A stretch of 43,345 nucleotides of DNA. Source: Escherichia phage AV102. Where the stretch lies: sequence record OR352933.1, one strand, 5' to 3'. Below, in pieces: positions 37,159 through 43,345 of the stretch. How positions within the stretch are numbered: the stretch's first letter is position 1; each line of letters starts with the position of its first letter. The position numbers and the translations under genes are program-made. The notes under the pieces were generated by a model that searched no databases, was not told the origin of the DNA, and worked only from the letters and a program-made list of their open reading frames with translations.

Positions 37159-37361
37159 TACTTAATCTCGATACTGTTAGCGTATACTATTCCACACAAT
37201 AAAATGTCTCTTTCGGGTACATTCACCTTCCGCCCATCGTCCAGACGGTATATGTAGCCACCCTCTACCTTTATAGCCCAAAAACTGCGTGATCCCCAAG
37301 TGAACGGGATACCAACCACAATACTCTTAGGTGGCATTTTGTACGTGATAATTTTATGCAC
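37158..37361 (-). CDS. Hypothetical protein (67 aa)
   Basis: ORF coupled to neighbours. Confidence 0.45.
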   Translation of the reverse strand: MHKIITYKMPPKSIVVGIPFTWGSRSFWAIKVEGGYIYRLDDGRKVNVPERDILLCGIVYANSIEIK

Positions 37362-37830
37362 CTGCTTTCTCCTTACGTTTGATATCCATAGCCATACGAC
37401 GAAGATCGTGCGCCAGTTGCAGGGCTGCGTCGGGACTCATATTAATACCGATCTCCCGCTCCGCCCGGGTGCTGTTCTTTTTAGGAACTATTCCGATGTA
37501 GAGTAGGTTCTCATCAGTCCAACTGCATCTTTCTAGGACTAGCCGCTGGTCGTTGCCGCGGTCGCGCTTGGAGTTCATGTAAGCCACACTAGCTGGAACC
37601 GGTGGCAGCTCGTCGTCCGGCTCTTGGTACAGTTTGAAGTATTCAGCGCACCAGGGAACTGGGTCCCCATAACGCTGCATACCGTCAAGCTGCAACCAGT
37701 AACCACCAGCACTAGTGCGTGTTACAGTATAATAATCCTTGACGCCTTGATTATATCTCAAGAGTTCCATGAACCCGGGACCTGCTTCGCCTACTACTTT
37801 ATCACCAACTTTAAACTTAGCCATAATCAA
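37354..37830 (-). CDS. Hypothetical protein (158 aa)
   Basis: ORF with ATGA overlap to the upstream peptidase-like gene. Confidence 0.55.
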   Translation of the reverse strand: MIMAKFKVGDKVVGEAGPGFMELLRYNQGVKDYYTVTRTSAGGYWLQLDGMQRYGDPVPWCAEYFKLYQEPDDELPPVPASVAYMNSKRDRGNDQRLVLERCSWTDENLLYIGIVPKKNSTRAEREIGINMSPDAALQLAHDLRRMAMDIKRKEKAGA

Positions 37831-38861
37831 CCCTCCACAATATTATCATATCCACCCCAGTCCTCTACAACTCGGGTGCCTAGTTCAATCAGTTCTTCTT
37901 TGAAGCCATAATCAGAATACACCATGATGTACTCTGCCGCCCTTGCTGGATTATCTAGCACCCAGCTAATCAGTTGCTGCTTAGAAAGTTGTGACACCTC
38001 CTTAAACGCTGCTAGTAAATGTGGATCCTCCGTAGGGGGAACATCCAATGGCATCGTTAGGGGATGCGTATAGGCAGATAACCACGCATCCGGTTCCACT
38101 ACTTTAGGATCACGCTCAATCGGTAGGTGCTTGAATGTACCCGGACTAAGTACGTGCTCCAGTACGCTACCAAGAATGCTAAGGTCCAGCACCTCATCCG
38201 GAGTATGCTCGTGCATGTACCCTACACCTACGTTAGTGCATTCTGGGATAATCTGCATGAACTCAGCGGAGTCAGTGTATACTCCTTTCTGTAAGTGCGC
38301 ATCCGTCCGCCCCAGTCGAGCCGCCAGTTCTTTTGCGAACGTATCAGAGCAGCAACGCTGGTACCGTTGATGCGTAATGATACCATCACCTCGGCGGTCA
38401 AAACTGATCATTGCCTTGACACCAGTCCAGAAGCCAGTGTCGTCCTTGGCGGATGCATTGCTACCTTCACAGCCTACCTCTTCATCCACGAAGAAGCAGT
38501 AACGTCCATGTACTCCCCGCTTAATCATCTCCAGCATCAGGTAAATACCGGCACCACAGTCCGCTCCGAGGCAGTCTGCAACCTGCGGGTTACGCAGGAA
38601 CATTACACCCTTGTTAGTGATTGCAATGTCTGGCGCAGCGCTACCAGGCCGGGCCACTGTATCCAGATGTGAAGTAAACGCTACATCACTCTGTTCAGAG
38701 CCACCAATAAGCACAAAGTAGTTACCATGAGCGTCTCTTACATAGTGCTCTGCACCAGCAAGAGCGCTACTAAGTAGAGGTTCAAACCATTTGGTACTAC
38801 CCCAGCTAGGTCGGTGCGTTGTTAGTATCTTTGTCAGTAGTTTAAGGTCAACACCATACAT
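37827..38861 (-). CDS. M28/M20-like dinuclear zinc exopeptidase-fold protein
   Basis: Ordered motifs SHLDTV (His/Asp), GADCGAG (bridging Asp), VDEEVGCEGS (Glu-Glu), HEHTPDE (His...Asp) match the M28 aminopeptidase signature order. Confidence 0.6.
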   Translation of the reverse strand: MYGVDLKLLTKILTTHRPSWGSTKWFEPLLSSALAGAEHYVRDAHGNYFVLIGGSEQSDVAFTSHLDTVARPGSAAPDIAITNKGVMFLRNPQVADCLGADCGAGIYLMLEMIKRGVHGRYCFFVDEEVGCEGSNASAKDDTGFWTGVKAMISFDRRGDGIITHQRYQRCCSDTFAKELAARLGRTDAHLQKGVYTDSAEFMQIIPECTNVGVGYMHEHTPDEVLDLSILGSVLEHVLSPGTFKHLPIERDPKVVEPDAWLSAYTHPLTMPLDVPPTEDPHLLAAFKEVSQLSKQQLISWVLDNPARAAEYIMVYSDYGFKEELIELGTRVVEDWGGYDNIVEG

Positions 38862-40858
38862 TAAGCTGCCTCCTGTTCTGCTTTAGCTTCTTTGTCTTCT
38901 TCGGCTTCTTCATTACCGAGGTAGGGCTCATCCAATACGGACGCAGCATACTCCGTGAGAATCATACCGTGCACTGGGTGCTCTTCGGCATGCACACTCA
39001 GAACATTGTACCCTTGTACGCACACCATTGGCCCCATATCATGAACTGTGCCCTCTACAGCACAATGTTTTACGTCACAGTCAAGTACCCAAGAATCGTG
39101 GTAATCGGACCATGAACAATCCCATGATGGGTACACCCGGTCGCGCCCTACTACTTGTACGTAAGTATCCCCAATGCAGTGGGTACATACATAACCACCA
39201 TCAGCAGCTATGTACATGTCCTCCTCGTCGAAACGTCCCCCACACTCTGCACAAGCACTGCGACCATCATCAATCCAAATGTACCCATCAGCGTCCTGCG
39301 CTTCGTAGTCGTAGCAGTCGCAGATAACGAATGCATCCCCGCCCAATTCATCAACCCCGTCTTGGTTCCCATCCAAGTACGGCATAAGCACGGCACCATC
39401 ATGCTCCGGGTGCGGGATACGCGCCAGTAGTGCGCCATCTAAGCAGTCTGTATCGCACTCATATCCATTAGCACGCAGGATGGCATCTGCAGCATCCCCA
39501 TATGCACGGACGTATTCATTGGTTTTGATGTTAACGATAGCACGGGCGTGTACTTTAAAGTCATCGCCAAAAAGTTCACCTGTATACTGAATAAACAGTC
39601 GCAGATTATTGTCAGGCAGGCCGTGACTGGTCGTAGCGTATACACGCACCGGGCTATATTCGAATTTGTATCTGGTCATGCAGCTACTAGGGCCATTCTC
39701 GTACGCGTTGTACCACTCCCGCTCGGTCTTACAAAGATATGTAGTAGGTTCCACGTTCATAGCTTTGAGGTCTTCAATACATTCCCGGAAGTCTACACCG
39801 CTGCCGTAGTAGTTAGCGAGCCACTTACCTACACGCATCTCCACACAGCGATACTCAGTAACAGCGGCATAATCTTTGTGCAACCGCGGTTGCCCCAGCA
39901 TTACTACAGGCTCACCGTTGCGGAAGCCAAAACCCAGCGGGATTGCAAACCTAGACACTACAAATCCGTGCAACTGCATAAGCAAGGTTGCTGCCCAGTA
40001 ATCTCCCTCACGCCCAGTGTACGCGCCGCAAGTGTATTTGGCCCGGAGGGAGTACGTAGGTGCTAGCATAATCTCTTCGAACAACTCTATAGCCTGCTTG
40101 TGCACTTTGTATCCGGTAAAGTATTGGACCGCTTCTACTACGCGTTCTGTAACTACGTCGGGGCCATCATAGAAGGTTCTGCTAGATAAACCGAATGCCT
40201 GGTCGCAGGTGGCTGCAGGGTCAAGGAGTTTATGCAGGAGAGTGTCACTAATAGAAACTGTGCCCAGCGGCCCAGTAAAGTTACCCAACTCCTCTCCTGC
40301 AGCTGTAAAGTTGCCGAGTGCTACAATAGGTCCCGGCAGCACCCTTGACAACATATAAACGCCATGCAAAAGCGCACGTGTTTTGTTACTTCGCACGCGC
40401 ACACGGCCTTGAGTTGATAGGTAGGGAAGTTGGCACCAGTAATCCCCGGAAGAGTACATACTATCCTTCAGTGGAAGAGCATTGGCCCCTTCTGGAAATT
40501 TGATGGTCCAACTCTCATAGACAGGTACTTTTACGTCTACAGTTACTTTGTTAGTCTCTTGCATTTTCTTTGTCTCCGGTGTTAGTAGTAACTCATCATA
40601 CGTTAAAAGTTCAGCGCGCATACCACGCAGAGAGTTGTCGCTGCTTGTAGTAGGCGCGGAGTGCTCTTCTAAATTGCGTATAAGCCCCGCGATACCCATA
40701 CTTCCGTAGCGCTGCAACCACATCAAATGCGATATGCTCTTGAAGTTTCCGCGCGGCAGATTCTGTATACTCCCGGTATGCTTTGAGCACAACCGTTGTG
40801 TCTTGCCTGCGCACTCTAAGTATTCGGCGATCGACCGGTACAATTCCTTTGAGTTCAT
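38861..40858 (-). CDS. Large early orphan protein with Cys/Asp-rich C-terminal region and acidic tail
   Basis: Up to 665 aa; start uncertain (alternative ATGs at 40621 and 40564; the first 82 codons overlap the upstream ORF). C-terminal region has CxxC...CxxC pairs (CAECGG...CTHC); no enzyme motif recognised. Confidence 0.55.
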   Translation of the reverse strand: MNSKELYRSIAEYLECAGKTQRLCSKHTGSIQNLPRGNFKSISHLMWLQRYGSMGIAGLIRNLEEHSAPTTSSDNSLRGMRAELLTYDELLLTPETKKMQETNKVTVDVKVPVYESWTIKFPEGANALPLKDSMYSSGDYWCQLPYLSTQGRVRVRSNKTRALLHGVYMLSRVLPGPIVALGNFTAAGEELGNFTGPLGTVSISDTLLHKLLDPAATCDQAFGLSSRTFYDGPDVVTERVVEAVQYFTGYKVHKQAIELFEEIMLAPTYSLRAKYTCGAYTGREGDYWAATLLMQLHGFVVSRFAIPLGFGFRNGEPVVMLGQPRLHKDYAAVTEYRCVEMRVGKWLANYYGSGVDFRECIEDLKAMNVEPTTYLCKTEREWYNAYENGPSSCMTRYKFEYSPVRVYATTSHGLPDNNLRLFIQYTGELFGDDFKVHARAIVNIKTNEYVRAYGDAADAILRANGYECDTDCLDGALLARIPHPEHDGAVLMPYLDGNQDGVDELGGDAFVICDCYDYEAQDADGYIWIDDGRSACAECGGRFDEEDMYIAADGGYVCTHCIGDTYVQVVGRDRVYPSWDCSWSDYHDSWVLDCDVKHCAVEGTVHDMGPMVCVQGYNVLSVHAEEHPVHGMILTEYAASVLDEPYLGNEEAEEDKEAKAEQEAA

Positions 40859-40955
40859 CTGGAACCTCTTTGAATATTTCCCACGGGCAGCCGCACTTGC
40901 CCTGCGTTTCTAGCAAGCGCCAACACAGTAGCGCTGTTTCGTCTACTGTAAGCAT
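40611..40955 (-). CDS. Hypothetical basic protein (114 aa)
   Basis: Arg/Lys/Tyr-rich early ORF. Confidence 0.5.
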   Translation of the reverse strand: MLTVDETALLCWRLLETQGKCGCPWEIFKEVPDELKGIVPVDRRILRVRRQDTTVVLKAYREYTESAARKLQEHIAFDVVAALRKYGYRGAYTQFRRALRAYYKQRQLSAWYAR

Positions 40956-40957
40956 AC

Positions 40958-41173
40958 TTAATCCTTGAATACTACGTTGCGGGCCACTAGTGTATTCTTG
41001 TCGCTGAATATTACACCGCCAATTTTACGGTATGATGCACTCCAACGGTTTGTATTAGGTACAGCGACTTCCGCACCGAAATACAGGGGGCTGTCTAAGT
41101 TCACCCGGTATAGCAGACCATTTGGACGCTTGTATACGTCGTATCTAACCGACTTGTTCTTACTATTGTTCAT
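40958..41173 (-). CDS. Hypothetical protein (71 aa)
   Basis: Early-region ORF. Confidence 0.45.
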   Translation of the reverse strand: MNNSKNKSVRYDVYKRPNGLLYRVNLDSPLYFGAEVAVPNTNRWSASYRKIGGVIFSDKNTLVARNVVFKD

Positions 41174-41355
41174 ACTACACCTCGCACATTAAAACGGTGA
41201 CAATAACCGCGCAAGGTCATACCCAGGCGCTTTGCTTGTTTCTCATAGTGCTGGCGCAGTGCTGCCTTTGCGCTATACTCCCGCGCCAGCCCGTCAATAG
41301 TTTGCTGCTGCTTACGTATAAGCAGCATCTCGGGATTCTTTCCGTACATACTCAC
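41170..41355 (-). CDS. Hypothetical protein (61 aa)
   Basis: Early-region ORF. Confidence 0.45.
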   Translation of the reverse strand: MSMYGKNPEMLLIRKQQQTIDGLAREYSAKAALRQHYEKQAKRLGMTLRGYCHRFNVRGVV

Positions 41356-41368
41356 CTCAATACTTACC

Positions 41369-41632
41369 TCAGATACCGTTGTTGCTTACACCGTCCACGG
41401 TCAGAGTTACAGCGATGTTGGGTTCTTGCTCTCGCACCGCCTTGAGTAGACGGGCACCTAATGCCTTACAACCGCCCTCTGGATTCTCAAAGAGGTCGTA
41501 CTCAGGGCGTGGTTGCTGCTCTTGGTGCTGCTCTTGTTGAACGTGTACAGTGCAATAAGGCACTGGGTTATTCACGTCGTTGCCTAGCACCAGCATAGCG
41601 CTGGTAACAATGATATTGACAACACTAGTCAT
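41369..41632 (-). CDS. Hypothetical protein (87 aa)
   Basis: Early-region ORF. Confidence 0.5.
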   Translation of the reverse strand: MTSVVNIIVTSAMLVLGNDVNNPVPYCTVHVQQEQHQEQQPRPEYDLFENPEGGCKALGARLLKAVREQEPNIAVTLTVDGVSNNGI

Positions 41633-41846
41633 AAAGTTGTCTCCAGTCGGTAATAATACCGAGATTCACGGCATCCAGCAAAGTACGCGCCGCTGCTTCG
41701 GTATAGGTGTCTACGAGATCTAAAGGGAATTCCTGATTGGTGTCGCGGTCAGAGAATATCATCACAGTATAGTTATACTCTGCGTGCACTTGATTGCACC
41801 ATAAGGGCCAGAGTATATGCCCCGGATAGATTAGCTTTGCTTTCAT
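41625..41846 (-). CDS. Hypothetical protein (73 aa)
   Basis: Early-region ORF with GAGG RBS, about 25 nt downstream of a conserved hairpin. Confidence 0.55.
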   Translation of the reverse strand: MKAKLIYPGHILWPLWCNQVHAEYNYTVMIFSDRDTNQEFPLDLVDTYTEAAARTLLDAVNLGIITDWRQLYD

Positions 41847-41870
41847 TTGAAACCTCGTTGTTAACGGTAT

Positions 41871-41901
41871 TCACATAGCGCCCCGCAGGACGCTATAGGC
41901 T
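41871..41901 (-). promoter_or_regulatory. Conserved early-region hairpin element, copy 1
   Basis: Minus transcript AGCCUAUAGCGUCC-UGCG-GGGCGCUAUGUGA: 10-bp stem including G-U pairs, so strand-specific. Confidence 0.55.
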
Positions 41902-42034
41902 TACCATTATACGTATTCTCCCAATCCCTCATAGTGCCACCTGTTATGGCGGCCCCGGGTTGGCACATCAAAGGCGTCAGAGTCGTTAGCTGCCGGAATC
42001 AATGCCCACCACTTGATAGCTTGAATCTTATAAA

Positions 42035-42619
42035 TCATGCCGCTACCTTCAAAGTTGCATCCAATACAGCGCGTACATCCACGCCCTGACTGATAAGCAT
42101 AGATACCAAATCAGAGTCGCTCACCCCAGTTTCTTTAGCCTTCTTGATAGCGTTTTTAACGCGCCCCAGCGCTTGCAGGCGCACTGCATCGGCATCAAGG
42201 GCATCATTCTTCACTTGTTCCGCTTCGGCAGCGTACAGGGCCATGCAGGCGCTGTAGAAGCTGGACACAATCTCTTCCCGGCCTTGCTTATCAGCTTGTT
42301 TATAATCCAGACGCACGGCGTCCAGCTCGATACCCAGTTTCTCGGCTGATGTATAGCACTTTTTGGCGTGGAACTCGTACTTGCCCGACTCCTTGTTGAA
42401 CTTGATAGGTAACAAGGTACGCAGAACCATATCGAAATCAGCGGCATCACTGCGCTGCATATCCGTTGCCCATGAAACGTTACTACTAATCAGGCCGTGA
42501 AACAGTGCGCTGATAGTGATGTTGCGTTTTGCTTCCACTACATCGCCCAGCGCTTTACGGATGCTACCCGCAGCAGTTAACTTGAATACTTTGGCAGTTG
42601 CATTGGTTGCTTTAGTCAT
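42035..42619 (-). CDS. Hypothetical early protein (194 aa)
   Basis: ORF with AGAGGTG RBS; no recognisable motif; not strongly acidic. Confidence 0.6.
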   Translation of the reverse strand: MTKATNATAKVFKLTAAGSIRKALGDVVEAKRNITISALFHGLISSNVSWATDMQRSDAADFDMVLRTLLPIKFNKESGKYEFHAKKCYTSAEKLGIELDAVRLDYKQADKQGREEIVSSFYSACMALYAAEAEQVKNDALDADAVRLQALGRVKNAIKKAKETGVSDSDLVSMLISQGVDVRAVLDATLKVAA

Positions 42620-42655
42620 GATGCACCTCTTTGATTGGTTGTTTAGGTAATTACT

Positions 42656-42686
42656 TCACATAGCACCCCATAGGATGCTATAGGCT
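42656..42686 (-). promoter_or_regulatory. Conserved early-region hairpin element, copy 2
   Basis: Minus transcript AGCCUAUAGCAUCC-UAUG-GGGUGCUAUGUGA: same 10-bp stem as copy 1 with one G-C pair replaced by A-U. Confidence 0.55.
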
Positions 42687-42690
42687 GTAA

Positions 42691-42906
42691 TTAGCGTCCG
42701 AACTGCCCAGCAGTGTACCAGCCTTGCGGGGCCTTGCTGCTTCCCTTTGTTTTGGTCTTACCGCGTACATTCGTACTAAACGTCGCAGATTGCTTCATCC
42801 GCATATACCCAGCACGATTAAGTGCATCCCGGCGTTTTCTCAATTCCGAACCGGATAGCTTCTCAAGTCCAGCGAATTGCTGTGCTAACTTCTCACGATA
42901 TTTCAT
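42691..42906 (-). CDS. First early gene, small basic protein
   Basis: Start MKYREKLAQQF at 42906 (GAGGTG RBS); the track ORF starts 15 nt upstream. Confidence 0.5.
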   Translation of the reverse strand: MKYREKLAQQFAGLEKLSGSELRKRRDALNRAGYMRMKQSATFSTNVRGKTKTKGSSKAPQGWYTAGQFGR

Positions 42907-43179
42907 TGTACACCTCATCAAAGTTAATGGTTAGCGCCCTAGCAGTGTTTAGCAGGACGCTAACTTTTAACCTTGTTGCCCACTGCACTACCGTGGAACC
43001 TGTGGTTCAGGTTTCGGCGCTATTCTTTTAAGGGGCAGCGCCTCAGCGCCCCCGCCGTTTGTCGTCTCGGCCCTTGACGTTACATCTTTGCTGCACTGAT
43101 TATCTAGGATTGGTCGTCATCGTACCAGTCAAGGTACTGGGCCTCACCGCAAATCAGCTTACTACGTTGTTCGCTATCT

Positions 43180-43208
43180 AAGTTACTAGGTGAATCGGAA
43201 CTTGTCAA
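43180..43208 (-). promoter_or_regulatory. Candidate host sigma70-type early promoter
   Basis: Minus-strand TTGACA (43208-43203), 17-nt spacer, weak -10 TAACTT (43185-43180); AT-rich upstream; about 270 nt before the first gene. Confidence 0.3.
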
Positions 43209-43329
43209 GCGTTTATTTCTTACTACCTGTTAGCGCCTCCTTGCGCGTCCTACCTTGCATCTTCCGATGCCTCCCCGTTGAAGCCTTTTAACGTGATGCT
43301 AATCACCTATCGGGAAGTCTTCTTACTTC

Positions 43330-43345
43330 GGGATTCAATCTAGCT
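43330..43345. repeat. Terminal direct repeat copy matching positions 1-16
   Basis: Same 16-mer as the window start; boundary is approximate by 1 nt. Confidence 0.6.

Noticed and set aside
38861-40858. Large early protein as a protein kinase, DNA ligase or nucleotidyltransferase
   Set aside because: No HRD/DFG kinase motifs, no KxDG ligase motif and no GS...DxD nucleotidyltransferase motif were found; left as an orphan.
1687-43031. All plus-strand ORFs in the track (for example 10120-10452, 21019-21339, 32115-32684, 39548-40066)
   Set aside because: Each lies antisense inside a well-supported minus-strand gene, has low-complexity or Cys/Arg/Ser-rich composition, and none has a convincing RBS or forms an operon; coding is uniformly on the minus strand.
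43090-43140. Second sigma70 promoter using TTGACT at about 43118-43123 (minus strand)
   Set aside because: No acceptable -10 hexamer at 16-18 nt spacing; the nearest TAGATAAT lies 20-22 nt away.
1-43345. tRNA genes, integrase, repressor or other lysogeny or mobile-element functions
   Set aside because: No cloverleaf-compatible sequences were noticed in the few intergenic gaps, and no ORF carries recombinase or repressor motifs; the gene content is that of a strictly lytic phage.

Overview
The window reads as a complete or near-complete genome (about 43.3 kb) of a strictly lytic T7-supergroup podophage (Autographiviridae-like), presented in reverse-complement orientation: every credible gene is on the minus strand. 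All calls below come from reading the sequence and the supplied ORF translations; no database search or structure prediction was run. Gene order from coordinate 43345 down to 1 is: a host-promoter region and small early genes; a large Cys-rich early orphan protein coupled to an M28/M20-like zinc peptidase; primase, helicase, family-A DNA polymerase, calcineurin-like phosphoesterase, T7 gp6-like exonuclease, endonuclease VII, HAD phosphatase; a single-subunit RNA polymerase placed late, next to the structural genes (phiKMV-like order); portal, scaffold, capsid, an intrinsic terminator; tail tubular A and B, three internal virion proteins, tail fibre adaptor and two small fibre paralogs; small and large terminase; a lysis cassette (candidate unimolecular spanin, pinholin-like holin, SAR endolysin); and a beta-helix tailspike. 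Positions 1-1157 are a repeat-rich noncoding genome end, and the first 16 nt of the window recur at its 3' end. No integrase, repressor, tRNA or CRISPR array was seen. The most interesting candidates are the early orphan-plus-peptidase pair, a SLOG/DprA/LOG-like small protein just downstream of the RNA polymerase, an exact 17-bp element present three times (plus one diverged copy) that is probably the phage promoter, and a family of hairpins with compensatory base changes. Plus-strand ORFs in the track are treated as antisense shadows. Several ORF-track starts were moved to internal ATGs with better ribosome-binding sites; these are noted per feature.
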